Positions 38,412 to 49,827 of a stretch of 64,000 nucleotides of DNA are shown one piece after another (position 1 is the first letter of the stretch; every line of letters begins with the position of its first letter). The notes below the pieces were generated by a model. It searched no databases and was not told the origin of the DNA. It saw nothing but the letters and a program-made list of their open reading frames with translations. The stretch is taken from positions 32,001 through 96,000 of the forward strand of contig CBDCCZ010000038.1 in the NCBI GenBank assembly GCA_965215005.1. Direction: 5' to 3'. The DNA comes from Kofleriaceae bacterium. Its GTDB lineage: Bacteria; Myxococcota_A; Polyangia; Haliangiales; Haliangiaceae. Made by a program: the position numbers and the translations under genes.

Positions 38412-41141
38412 CTAGCGCTTAGGCTGGGCGCTCGCTGGGGCGGCCTGCGGGGCGGCGAAGGTCCGCTCGAAGTCGGCGAGCTCTTGCTGCTGCTGGGCCA
38501 CGCAGAGCTCGAATTGCTCGAGTGCCTGCTCGGCCGCGCGCGGGCCGCCCCGCTCGGGGCGCACGTGCTCCTCGAGGAACGCGACCACCGCGTCACGCTC
38601 GCCGGCATCGCAAACCACCTGTGCTACGCGGGCGATGTCAGCGCGAGCAGTGACGGGCATGCGCTTCATCAGCTCGTCGCGGCGCTCGCCGAGCATGCGC
38701 CAGGCGACGCGCGCGGCGGTGGTGTTCAGCGCTCGGCGGTTTGTTATCGTCTGGAGCATACGGAGTACCTCGCGCAGATCGACCTGGGGGTCGAACAGCA
38801 GCGCCATGACGCGCTCCGCCTGCGCTTCGTCTCGCACCGCCGCCAACGCATTGAGCATGAACTTGCGGGCGCGTCGATCGGGCTCGGTCTTGACCAGCGT
38901 GAGGATACTCTCGAACACCTGCGTGTCGCCGGTGCGAACCGCCGTGGCGAGCACTAGTGGCGCGACGTTGTCGGAAACCGCGCTGTGGTCGGCGAGCCAG
39001 GCAATAGCCAACTTTTTGGCCTCGGCGCGCAGCGCTGCGTCTTGCCCCTCATTCGCAACCAGCGGGACCACGAGCTGGCGAAGCTCGATGGTCGCCGGGC
39101 CATCGGTTGGTGCCTCGCGCCAACCCAACGCCGCGGCCCGCTCACCAAAGGTGTCGCGAATGAGCTTGGCGTAGGCCGGCATGAGGGCAGCAGGTAAAAA
39201 CTGCTCGATGGGCGCGTAGAGCGCAACCAGCCAGTTCATCACGAAGTTGCTGGGAGTGTTGACGTGCGGAGCCGCGAGCTTCCATGCCAGGCTGCGCGGC
39301 AGTGCCCCGGCGCGAACTTGCGCGAGCACGTCGGAAAGCAGCGTTACGCGCTCACCATCGGTGAGGGAGGTCCAGGCTTCACCGAACAGCTTGACCAATA
39401 GACCCTCATCGAGCTTGGAGTGATAGTAGCCAATGCCGCCGGCATTGGGCAGCACCCAGGAGGGGCAGCTGGTGGTGTCGAGCTCGAGCTCGGTCGCACC
39501 CTCGGTGAGGAGCGTGCACTGGCGCTGCGCTCTGGCGCCGGTCCCGAAGCGGACGCACACGGCGATTTGCCAGCTTCGACGGGTTTCGGCGCTGGAGCCG
39601 TGCGGGACGTAGCGCGTCTGCGCTAGCAGGAGCTTTGGCCGCTCATTGGTCGCGCACGTCAGCGCTACGTTGAGCTGTGGAACGCCGTTCTGCTCGAGGA
39701 ACGTGTTGAACGGAGTTGCTACGTCTCGTCCTGCCGCCTCACCGATCGAGGCCAGGAAATCAGCCGCAGTGGCGTTCTTCCAGGCAAACTTCTCGAGGTA
39801 GCGCTGTACGCCGTTGCGGAAGGCTTCCGCGCCGACCCACTGCTCGAACATGCCGATCACCGCGGCGCCCTTGCCGTAGGTGATGCCGTCAAAGGCGCTG
39901 TTGATGTCGTCGTTGGTCTCGATCGGCTGGCGAATCTGCCGCGCGGTTCGCAGGTGGTCGTTGATGATGGCGTCGGCGCGCTCGTTTACAGCGTTGACGT
40001 CGGCCTCCCACGCGGGCTCGAACTTCTCGATCGCCTTGAACTCGATCCAACTGGCAAACGCCTCGTTGAGCCAGATGTCATCCCACCACACCGGCGTCAC
40101 CAAGTTACCAAACCATTGATGGCCGAGCTCGTGCGCGCCGACGTAGCCGTACTTCTTTTTCATCTCGAGCGGCTCTTGGTTAGGTGGCGCGAGGATGATT
40201 TCTTCGACATACGTGATCAGCCCGGGATGCTCCATGGCGCCAAAGCCCACGGTGAGCGGAACCGCGATGCTATCGAGCTTGGCGTAGGGGTAGGTAATGC
40301 CAAAGTAGGCTTCCAGCGTGGAAAGCAGCCGATCCGTCGACGCCGCGGCATACGCGGCGTCTGCGGCGCGGCCTTTGGGGGTGATGATGCCGATGGGCAC
40401 GCCCGAGGCGCTTTGACCGGCGTCGACTCGCTCAAACGGACCCACTGCAAACGACAGTAGATACGTCGGCAGCGGCTTGGTCGGCGCAAAGCGCACAAGC
40501 TTGGTCTCTCCGCGCGGCTCGACCGCGACTGCCGGAGTGTTGAAGTATGCCTCTAGGTTCGCCGGAACCTCGAGAGCCACCGTCCATGGGACTTTGTTGT
40601 CGGGCTCATCGAAGCTTGGGAATGCGCGTCGAGCCGCTAGCGCCTCGAACTGAGTAAAGACATACCAGTCACCGCCCGCCTTTTGCCGAAACACCCCGTA
40701 GGTATCGTTGTCCTCGATCGTGCCGGTGTAACGAAGGCCGACCTCGACCTCGCCCGAGAACGCACGCGGGGCGCGAAAGCCGATGAAGTCAGCCTTGGTC
40801 GGGATGATCTCGAGCGCCAGGACCTCATCGGCGCCGTCTTTGGTGCGAAGCGTTGCTTCGCTCACGTCGAGACCTTGCGCATTGAGCCAGAACGTCGTCA
40901 CCGGCTCGGCGGCGGTCGCGCGGATGGTGATAGCGCCGGCAAACTGCGGCTCGGCCGGATCGATCGAGATCGTCGCCTCGTAAGCAGTAGGCATCACCGT
41001 CCGCGGGAGTCGCAGGGTGGGCGCCTCCGGCGGCGGAACGGGTTTTTGAGGAGCGCTGGCGCTGCCGCTGCAACCTGCCAGGGCCGCGGATGCGAGCGCC
41101 GGGATGATCCAGCCTCGCCTTACAACCGTATGAAATTGCAT
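38412..41141 (-). CDS. M1 family aminopeptidase (ERAP1-like C-domain), lipoprotein
   Basis: LAGC lipobox, ARRAFPSFDEP, GAMEH, HELGH-18x-E (WLNE), YGKG. Confidence 0.94.
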   Translation of the reverse strand: MQFHTVVRRGWIIPALASAALAGCSGSASAPQKPVPPPEAPTLRLPRTVMPTAYEATISIDPAEPQFAGAITIRATAAEPVTTFWLNAQGLDVSEATLRTKDGADEVLALEIIPTKADFIGFRAPRAFSGEVEVGLRYTGTIEDNDTYGVFRQKAGGDWYVFTQFEALAARRAFPSFDEPDNKVPWTVALEVPANLEAYFNTPAVAVEPRGETKLVRFAPTKPLPTYLLSFAVGPFERVDAGQSASGVPIGIITPKGRAADAAYAAASTDRLLSTLEAYFGITYPYAKLDSIAVPLTVGFGAMEHPGLITYVEEIILAPPNQEPLEMKKKYGYVGAHELGHQWFGNLVTPVWWDDIWLNEAFASWIEFKAIEKFEPAWEADVNAVNERADAIINDHLRTARQIRQPIETNDDINSAFDGITYGKGAAVIGMFEQWVGAEAFRNGVQRYLEKFAWKNATAADFLASIGEAAGRDVATPFNTFLEQNGVPQLNVALTCATNERPKLLLAQTRYVPHGSSAETRRSWQIAVCVRFGTGARAQRQCTLLTEGATELELDTTSCPSWVLPNAGGIGYYHSKLDEGLLVKLFGEAWTSLTDGERVTLLSDVLAQVRAGALPRSLAWKLAAPHVNTPSNFVMNWLVALYAPIEQFLPAALMPAYAKLIRDTFGERAAALGWREAPTDGPATIELRQLVVPLVANEGQDAALRAEAKKLAIAWLADHSAVSDNVAPLVLATAVRTGDTQVFESILTLVKTEPDRRARKFMLNALAAVRDEAQAERVMALLFDPQVDLREVLRMLQTITNRRALNTTAARVAWRMLGERRDELMKRMPVTARADIARVAQVVCDAGERDAVVAFLEEHVRPERGGPRAAEQALEQFELCVAQQQQELADFERTFAAPQAAPASAQPKR

Positions 41142-41280
41142 AGTAACCTCTGAAGGAAGCGGCGAGGTTACAACGCCTCTGAAGGGACGCAAGCGCCGGT
41201 GCCCCTCCGTCGCTGACTGGCCCTGTCGAACCAGGTTTGTTGCTGCTAGCGGCTTGCCGAATTACGCCATCAATCAACCG

Positions 41281-42219
41281 TCAGCAGGCTGCTTCCGGCG
41301 CTGGCACCAGACCTCGCAGCACGCCGCGGGCGCGGCCGGCCCACTCGCTCTCGTGATCGAGCTCGAGATAGCGCTCGAGGTGCTTGCGCGCCTGTAGCGT
41401 TCCCCCGACCCGCGCCAACGCGAGCCCGAGGTTGTAATGCGCATCGGCGAAGTCTGGCCGTGCCCACACCACTCGTCGCAGCTCGGCGATCGCCAGCTCG
41501 GTCTCCCCGAGGTCTTCGAGCAGGTTGCCGAGGTTGTAGCGAGCCTCGGGCTGCTCAGGCTCGTGCTCGAGAGCGCGCTCATAGGCGCTGCGGGCGGCGG
41601 TGAGCTCGCCGCGGCGATAGCGCAGATTACCAAGGTTGGTGTGTGCTGACGCCAGCGACGAATCCAACCCAATGGCGCGCTCGTACAGCGCCTCGGCGGT
41701 GCCGAGCTCGCCGCGATCTTCGGCCGCGCAGGCCTCGAGGAATGCGCGGTAGGCGCTGGGCGGCTCGTGGGCGGCAGTTGGCGCGTCGTCGATTGGAGTC
41801 GGCGCACCCGGCGCAGTCGACGCGGGCAATCGCAAGACTTCGGCAACGTGCTGCGACAGCGCGCCGAGACCAAACGCCATCACCACTTGCCCGGTGGCAG
41901 GCTCGAACACCACGTCGTCGGTGACCGCGACGATGTCCTGGCCATCGGAACAAATTCGCAGCCGCGCCGCCGGTTGCTCGAGGTCGGGGAGCGTGTGGCG
42001 CAAGCCGTCGAGGTTGCGGCGAACGGTTTGCAGCGGCATGCCGGCGTCGATGAGCTCCTTGGCCGCTTTGACGCTCACCAAGTCGCGAAACGTATAATAG
42101 AAGCGGCCGCGTTGCCGCACCGTTGGGCCGACGAAGCCGGTTTGCGCCCAATACCGCAGGCGCGACTCCTGCAGCGCGAAGATCTTAGCGACGTCTTTGA
42201 TGCTAAAGAGCTCGGTCAC
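41281..42219 (-). CDS. MerR-type HTH + TPR protein
   Basis: FSIKDVAKIFALQESRLRYW HTH; AHTNLG, ARYNLG, AHYNLG TPRs; GTG start overlaps the upstream stop. Confidence 0.85.
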   Translation of the reverse strand: MTELFSIKDVAKIFALQESRLRYWAQTGFVGPTVRQRGRFYYTFRDLVSVKAAKELIDAGMPLQTVRRNLDGLRHTLPDLEQPAARLRICSDGQDIVAVTDDVVFEPATGQVVMAFGLGALSQHVAEVLRLPASTAPGAPTPIDDAPTAAHEPPSAYRAFLEACAAEDRGELGTAEALYERAIGLDSSLASAHTNLGNLRYRRGELTAARSAYERALEHEPEQPEARYNLGNLLEDLGETELAIAELRRVVWARPDFADAHYNLGLALARVGGTLQARKHLERYLELDHESEWAGRARGVLRGLVPAPEAAC

Positions 42220-42674
42220 GATTCGTTTGCCTCGCTTGCCTTGGCGTCGATGTCCAGATCCAGGTGCAGGTGACTTCCGGTGCAGCGCAGCCGCACGTCG
42301 ATTCGTGGCGTTTGCAGGCGGCAACCAGCGTGGCGCTCGGCTTCCGCCAGCCCTAAGTCGCGAGCCCGTGCGCGCACTCGCTCGTCGTCGGCAACGAGCT
42401 CACCAACCCGGCGCGCGGTGGCAACGTCGCAGGCTTCGCTGACCAAAGCACTGGCGCGATGAAGATCGATGGTGATCATCGTCGAGCCGAAATACTGGCC
42501 TCGCTCGAGCTGTCCTTCGGACAGCAGCGCGGCGATGTCAAAGAGGATGTCGATAGCCGCTGTCGACAAGCCAACGCGAACCTGGCGCTCGAACAGCGAC
42601 ACGCGCCGCGCCCGCGCCATGGGCTTGCGCAAGCGCGGCGTCGGCCAGTTGCGCGGACGAAGAGAAGATCCCAT
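42216..42674 (-). CDS. Hypothetical protein
   Basis: ORF translationally coupled to the MerR-TPR gene; no family recognised. Confidence 0.6.
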   Translation of the reverse strand: MGSSLRPRNWPTPRLRKPMARARRVSLFERQVRVGLSTAAIDILFDIAALLSEGQLERGQYFGSTMITIDLHRASALVSEACDVATARRVGELVADDERVRARARDLGLAEAERHAGCRLQTPRIDVRLRCTGSHLHLDLDIDAKASEANES

Positions 42675-42731
42675 GCCGAGATGGTAATCAAGTGGCGCAC
42701 AGGGCGCCACTTTTACCTACATGAAGACGCC

Positions 42732-44495
42732 TCAAGGCGAGCATTCGCGGACCATGTCGGCCAGCATCGTGTCGGCGGACGCGAGCGCGCGGGCGCTGGC
42801 GAGGGCATCAGCAGCGGCACGGCGGCGGCCGGTATCGCAGAAGTGGCGGGCGCGCACGAAGTCGTGCCAGAGAAGCGCGTCGACGATGGCGGCGCGCTCG
42901 GCAGGTTGAGGAGCTTGCAGGCGCCGTTCGAGCTCGGCGCGGGCTTGGCGGTCGAGGGTCTCGGTGCGCCGGCGATCGGCTTCTCGAGGTGGTCGCGGCG
43001 CAAAGTAAGCGAACGGACCCGCGGGCAACAGCCAGGGTCGCGCGGCGGCGTCGAGATTGGGGTGGAGCTCGACGAGCACCGGGCGCTGCGTCGCTAGTCG
43101 GCGCAGTTGCTCGATGGGCGTCGGCGCATCGGCGCGCAGCGGCGCTTCTATGAGCGCAGCAAGGTCGGGATGCGCGCGAAGGGCTTCTTGCTGCGCGCCG
43201 GGATAGGTGAGAAAGCTGCGATCGAGAATCGCAATGTCCGGACGCGCGTGCTCGATGGCGCGCAGCGCTTGCAGCCGAAAGCTGGTCTGAAAGTAGCCGG
43301 GCAAGAGCAACGTTCGCGGCGGCAGCGTTTCGAGCTGCCAATGAGCCATTTCCTCGGCGGCGTACGCATGGCGAAGGGAGGCGCTGTCATAGGTGCGAGC
43401 GAGCTGCCAAGCAGCCGTTAGCAGCAGCACCACAGCGGCGAGGCGGGACGCACGTGCGCGCTTGGTGAGCTCGAAAAGGCCGGCACCGGCGAGCAGCAGG
43501 ATGGCGATGAGTCCCGGTGCCAAATACGCGAGATGATCGGGCGTTTGGGAGTCGAATCCCACCAGCATGCGAGCCGCGGCGGTGGTGACAGCGATCGCTA
43601 GCAATAGGCCGGCGGGAGCTCGCCAGTGCGGATTGACGAGCCCTAGAATTGCGCCGAGCAGGGCAAGGAGCGCCATCAGCGGCGTTGCTTGTTCGACATA
43701 GGCCGCGAGGATTTGCGCTGCATCTTGCAGCGGAGTCGATACGTGATCGCCGGCGAGGTTCTTATGAAATGCGCGTCCGCTGATCGTCCAAAACAGTCGC
43801 GAGGCAGTCGATGGTGCACCCCAGTTCACCACCGGATGCTGCGCGGCGCGCGCGGGCAGATAGACGATGGCCGCAAGGCCGATGATGCCGAGTGTCGCGG
43901 TGAGTGATGCTAAGCGTGCGCTCGGGCGTCGCCGACTCGCAAGGATGAACACAGCGCCTGGGAGCAGAACGGTGAGTGTGATGAAGTGATGGTTGGCGAG
44001 CCCGAGCCCGAGCAGCAGCGCGCTAACCAGCAGCCAGCGCGGCATTGGCGCATCGTTATGAGCAAGCAGCGCGGCGAGCGCGCCGGCGACTAACGCGGTT
44101 TCTAGCGCGTAGACCTCCGTGCGCACCGCTTGAAACCACAATGCCCACGCGAAGGAGGCGATGAGCGCGCTGCCAACGGCGGCGGCGCTCACGGTGCGTT
44201 CGTCGGCGTTGCGATCCACGCGCCGATAAAGCTGCACGGCGGCCGCATAGATGCCCACCGCCGCAGCTGCTGCGCACGCCGCCGAGGCCAGATTGCTGCG
44301 TGAGGCAGCGTCGCCAATCGGCAAGAGCGTAAACACCGTGCCGACGAACACACTCAAGGGATGACCTGGTGAGTGCGGCACGCCAAGGGTGGCGCTTGCG
44401 GCGGCGAGCTCTGGGGCATCGAGCCAGCCAAGGGTCGGGGAGGCGGTGAACGCGTAGGTAACGAACGCGCCGAGAAACACGAAAACGCCCGCCAT
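42732..44495 (-). CDS. DUF2723/TMEM260-like GT-C membrane glycosyltransferase
   Basis: WLDAPEL...LGVPHSPGHP, QAVRTEVY, LANHH, YLPARA..HPVVNWG; many TM helices. Confidence 0.85.
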   Translation of the reverse strand: MAGVFVFLGAFVTYAFTASPTLGWLDAPELAAASATLGVPHSPGHPLSVFVGTVFTLLPIGDAASRSNLASAACAAAAAVGIYAAAVQLYRRVDRNADERTVSAAAVGSALIASFAWALWFQAVRTEVYALETALVAGALAALLAHNDAPMPRWLLVSALLLGLGLANHHFITLTVLLPGAVFILASRRRPSARLASLTATLGIIGLAAIVYLPARAAQHPVVNWGAPSTASRLFWTISGRAFHKNLAGDHVSTPLQDAAQILAAYVEQATPLMALLALLGAILGLVNPHWRAPAGLLLAIAVTTAAARMLVGFDSQTPDHLAYLAPGLIAILLLAGAGLFELTKRARASRLAAVVLLLTAAWQLARTYDSASLRHAYAAEEMAHWQLETLPPRTLLLPGYFQTSFRLQALRAIEHARPDIAILDRSFLTYPGAQQEALRAHPDLAALIEAPLRADAPTPIEQLRRLATQRPVLVELHPNLDAAARPWLLPAGPFAYFAPRPPREADRRRTETLDRQARAELERRLQAPQPAERAAIVDALLWHDFVRARHFCDTGRRRAAADALASARALASADTMLADMVRECSP

Positions 44496-44589
44496 GGTTG
44501 GAAGTGTACAGGCTTACGAGAGCATGATAGGCCTACGTTGCGCACGCGCATTGCTGCTTTGCGCCCAGCGGAGCGGCCGTTCTCGGACC

Positions 44590-46119
<1,530 letters not shown>

Positions 46120-46129
46120 GGAGCGTCTC

Positions 46130-47086
46130 GTGCGTCTGCTCGTCATTCTCGATCCTCTCGCCAAGCTCGAGCTCGCTGGTGACACCTCGTACGCGTTGAT
46201 GCTCGAAGCGGCGCGCCGCGGCCATGAAATCTGGACCTGCCAGGTTGGCGAGCTGGCGCTCGAGCACGACGATGCCATTGCCGAGGCACGGCTCACTCAC
46301 GTGCGCGCGGGCGATTCGGCCGCGGCTGCGTTCACCGAGGAAGCCACCACGGCCATTCCGCTCGAGTCGTTTGACGCGGTGCTGATGCGCAAAGATCCGC
46401 CGCTCGATGTCGAGTTCCTTCAGGCTACGTGGATCCTCGAGCGGGCACGCGGCAAGACGCTGCTAGTGAATGACCCGCGCGGCCTGCGCGAGCTCAATGA
46501 GCACCTCTCGGTGCTGCATTTCCCTGACCTGATTGCCCCCACCATCGTCACGCGCAGCGCCAAGCGTTTGCGCGCGTTTCTCGATGAGCAAGGCGGCACG
46601 ATCGTCGTCAAGCCAGTCGATGGCTTTGCTGGCTATGGGGTTTTCATCGTTCGTGCGGGTGATGCCAACGTGTCGTCGATCTTCGAGTCCTCGACCCGTG
46701 CGGGACGCATTTGGACCATGGCGCAGCGGTATCTGCCCGAGGCCGCGCTCGGCGACAAGCGCATTCTTTTGGCCGACGGTGAGCCGATTGGTGCGGTTCT
46801 TCGCGTGCCGCCGCAAAACGAGGCGCGGGGCAATTTGCACGTTGGCGGCAAGGCAGTGCGCACCGAGGTCACCGCCGAGGACCTGCGCATCGTGCGCGCC
46901 GTGGCGCCGCTGCTCGCCGAGTATGGCCAGCTGTTCGTCGGACTCGACGTCATCGGCGGCAGGCTCACGGAGATCAACGTTACGTCTCCCACCGGCATTC
47001 GACATATCGAGACGCTGGAAGGTGTGAACGCTGCGGCGCCGGTGATCGACTGCATCGAACGCAAAGCGCGCGAGCTCCGCTCCTAG
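46130..47086 (+). CDS. gshB: Glutathione synthetase
   Basis: AAGGAG RBS + GTG; DTSYALM, MRKDPP, GDKRI, RGNLHVGG, EINVTSPTG. Confidence 0.93.
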   Translation: MRLLVILDPLAKLELAGDTSYALMLEAARRGHEIWTCQVGELALEHDDAIAEARLTHVRAGDSAAAAFTEEATTAIPLESFDAVLMRKDPPLDVEFLQATWILERARGKTLLVNDPRGLRELNEHLSVLHFPDLIAPTIVTRSAKRLRAFLDEQGGTIVVKPVDGFAGYGVFIVRAGDANVSSIFESSTRAGRIWTMAQRYLPEAALGDKRILLADGEPIGAVLRVPPQNEARGNLHVGGKAVRTEVTAEDLRIVRAVAPLLAEYGQLFVGLDVIGGRLTEINVTSPTGIRHIETLEGVNAAAPVIDCIERKARELRS

Positions 47087-47134
47087 GCGATTGTTGTTTT
47101 TCTAGCGGTTCACGACTTCGCCGTGAACCACTAG
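47087..47134 (-). repeat. Structured interspersed repeat, truncated copy (hairpin + A-rich linker)
   Basis: Reverse complement reads CTAGTGGTTCACGGCGAAGTCGTGAACCGCTAGAAAAACAACAATCGC. Confidence 0.9.
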
Positions 47135-47187
47135 CGGGTCACTAGCGCGTAGCAGTCGCCATTGGCAGCGTCTGCTATAGTGACTCG

Positions 47188-48339
47188 ATGTCGACCGAAT
47201 TGAGCCTCGAGTTCATCGAGAAGCTTCCCAAAGCAGATCTGCATGTGCATCTCGATGGTTCCGTGCGGCTCGATACCATCCTCGATCTCGCCAAGAAGCA
47301 GAATGTCGAGCTGCCGACCTTCGACAAGGGCGAGCTGTTCCGCATGCTCTATGCGGGGGAAGTGTGCGGCTCCCTCGATGACTACTTGAAAGGCTTCGAG
47401 ATCACGCTTTCGGTCATGCAGACCGAAGACTCGCTCGAACGAGTCGCTTTCGAGCTAGCGGAAGATGCCTGGCGCGAGGGCGTGCGCTACATCGAGGTGC
47501 GCTACGCGCCGCTCTTGCATACGGTGGGCGGGTTGCGCCACACCACGGTCGTCGAGGCAGTGCTCCGCGGTCTGCGCTGCGCAAAACGCAGCTTAGGTAT
47601 CCGTTATGGAGTCATTCTGTGCGGCATACGCTCGATGAGCCCCGAGACGTCGGTGCGCATGGCAGAGCTCTGCATTGCTTTCAAGAACCGCGGTGTCGTT
47701 GGGTTCGACCTTGCCGGCTCCGAAGTCAATAACCCCGCTCGTTCGCACCAGCGCGCGTTTCAGCTCATTCTCGACAACAATATCAACTGCACGGCGCACG
47801 CTGGCGAGGCCTACGGGCCCGACTCCATCGCTCAGGCAATTCACAAGTGCGGCGCGCATCGCATTGGTCATGGCACGCGGCTCATCGAGAACGGTGATCT
47901 GCTCAATTATGTCAACGACCATCGCATTCCGCTCGAGGTCTGTCCGTCCTCCAACATTCAAACCAAAGCGGCGGCTACCTGGGAGTCGCATCCAGTCGAC
48001 TTCTTCGTCGACTACGGCCTTCGCGTCACGGTCAACACCGACAATCGGCTGATCACCGACACCACGGTTTCCAAGGAGCTATGGCTCTGTCATCAGCATT
48101 TCGGTTGGACGCTCGAGCAGATCAAGGAAGTGGTCATCGCCGGCTTCAAGAGCGCGTTCCTCCCCTATCGCGAGAAGGCAGATCTGCTCAAGGAGATCAC
48201 GCGCGAGCTCGAAGTCATCCAGGCGCCAACCAACGGCAAGTCGGTGAGGAAGACGCGCAACATCGACCTGCAAGATACACATGCGCCGCCGCCACCTGCC
48301 GAGCCCGAGTCGGTGCCCACGACCGACATCTCCCGCTGA
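47188..48339 (+). CDS. add: Adenosine deaminase
   Basis: LPKADLHVHLDGS, GFDLAGSE, HAGE, RIGHG, EVCPSSN, NTDN. Confidence 0.93.
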   Translation: MSTELSLEFIEKLPKADLHVHLDGSVRLDTILDLAKKQNVELPTFDKGELFRMLYAGEVCGSLDDYLKGFEITLSVMQTEDSLERVAFELAEDAWREGVRYIEVRYAPLLHTVGGLRHTTVVEAVLRGLRCAKRSLGIRYGVILCGIRSMSPETSVRMAELCIAFKNRGVVGFDLAGSEVNNPARSHQRAFQLILDNNINCTAHAGEAYGPDSIAQAIHKCGAHRIGHGTRLIENGDLLNYVNDHRIPLEVCPSSNIQTKAAATWESHPVDFFVDYGLRVTVNTDNRLITDTTVSKELWLCHQHFGWTLEQIKEVVIAGFKSAFLPYREKADLLKEITRELEVIQAPTNGKSVRKTRNIDLQDTHAPPPPAEPESVPTTDISR

Positions 48340-48438
48340 CGCTCTCACGAAGTAGCGCGAGCGATGACGCCAGAGTCGCTCTCGTATTCGGTTCGGCGTT
48401 GGTGGCCAGATTCGGAGCGGTTGCCTTCCTTGCGGCGC

Positions 48439-48921
48439 CTAACGCCGTACGGTGAGCTGCATCTGAAAGCGAACCGTGCTGGCATCGCCGTCGCCATCGG
48501 AGACAGTGAGCTCGATGGTGGCAGGACGATCGCCGCGCAGCTCGATCACCGGGCTCACCGACGTTTGGTCGCCCTCGACGAATCGATGCTCATCGAAGAG
48601 CACTCGCCAGTGGTACCGCAACGGTAGCTCCGCCGTGGGATCGTCGAGAGGATCGGCAGAGGCTGTCCCATCGAGGGTGACTCGGGTGCGAAAGCCGTCG
48701 TTCTCGACAATGGCGGCAGGGTTTGCGCTGGCGCGGGCGATCGGCGGACGACCGGATTCGGTGGTGCAAGCCAGCATTCCGAGTCCCACGCTCGCAATGA
48801 GCGCACAGCAAGCGACACGCGCGAGCAGCGCCGCCGGTGAGGTGTAGCCAGCGCCAGATGATGTAGCAGGTGCGCCCACCTCACGCCATCGTCTCTTCAT
48901 CACCGCCGGTCGTGATACCAT
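48439..48921 (-). CDS. PKD/Ig-like domain lipoprotein
   Basis: MLAC lipobox-like, PPIARA, VTLDGTASADP, LRYHW, IELTVSDGDG; start uncertain. Confidence 0.7.
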   Translation of the reverse strand: MVSRPAVMKRRWREVGAPATSSGAGYTSPAALLARVACCALIASVGLGMLACTTESGRPPIARASANPAAIVENDGFRTRVTLDGTASADPLDDPTAELPLRYHWRVLFDEHRFVEGDQTSVSPVIELRGDRPATIELTVSDGDGDASTVRFQMQLTVRR

Positions 48922-48944
48922 GCGTTTTGGTGGTACCGACGACG

Positions 48945-49763
48945 GTGAAGCAAGAATTTTCCCAGATCGTCTCCGACCATTGGCGACGCATCTACAACTT
49001 TGCGTTTCGGATGACGCTCGATCACGATCGGGCGGCTGAGGTGGTGGAAGAGAGCTTTCTGCGCGCCTACGTCGGGGCTGACAACCTGCCGGAGGCCGGC
49101 CGGCACGAAGCCTGGCTGTTGCGCATTGCCAGCCATATCCTCGAGCAGCGCCTGCCGCGCACCCCGGAGATCAGCTTCGACACGCTTGATGACACGCTGC
49201 GCGACGAGGCTACCCGCACCGATGTCGTGCGCTCCATGACCGACCCGCAGCGCGACTTCATGCTTTGGGAGCTCAAGCAAGGCTGCATGACCGCGGTGAT
49301 CAACTGCCTGTCACCCGGAGAGCGCGCCGCCTTCGTGATGTCGACGGTGCTCAAGCTCACCGATGACGACGCTGCTAGCAGCCTTGGCATCACCAAGAGC
49401 GCCTACAAAGTGCGGCTCTCCCGTGGCCGCAAAAAAGTGGCCGATTATTTGGCCCCGCGATGCGAGCACGTGGACCCCATGAATCCATGCCGCTGCCCGG
49501 CGCGCGTGGGTACGGCGCTGAAGAAGGGGTTCATCCGCAGCTCGGGTGAGATCAATCTACGCAAGCCAGTGACGCCGTTTGGTCGCTATGGCGCCGGACC
49601 CGAAGCGGAAGATGCGCCGCTGCGCGACGTGGTCACCATCTACGGCAATTTGCCCGAGCCAGACCCGCCGGAAGAGCTGCATCAACGCTTGCTCGAGCGT
49701 TTGCAGGGCGACGAGTGGGATCGAATTCGCGAGAAGAAGCAGCAAACAGCGCGCACCCCGTGA
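48945..49763 (+). CDS. ECF sigma factor with Cys-containing C-terminal extension
   Basis: RIYNFAFRM...EESFLRAY...AWLLRIA (sigma2), LSPGERAAF...KVRLSRGR (sigma4), then CEHVDPMNPCRC. Confidence 0.88.
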   Translation: MKQEFSQIVSDHWRRIYNFAFRMTLDHDRAAEVVEESFLRAYVGADNLPEAGRHEAWLLRIASHILEQRLPRTPEISFDTLDDTLRDEATRTDVVRSMTDPQRDFMLWELKQGCMTAVINCLSPGERAAFVMSTVLKLTDDDAASSLGITKSAYKVRLSRGRKKVADYLAPRCEHVDPMNPCRCPARVGTALKKGFIRSSGEINLRKPVTPFGRYGAGPEAEDAPLRDVVTIYGNLPEPDPPEELHQRLLERLQGDEWDRIREKKQQTARTP

Positions 49764-49827
49764 GCCTTTGGCCATCCGGTGCGCCGCGCGTTATCCTTTA
49801 CAACGCCAGCGTGAGGCGCAATCGGGC

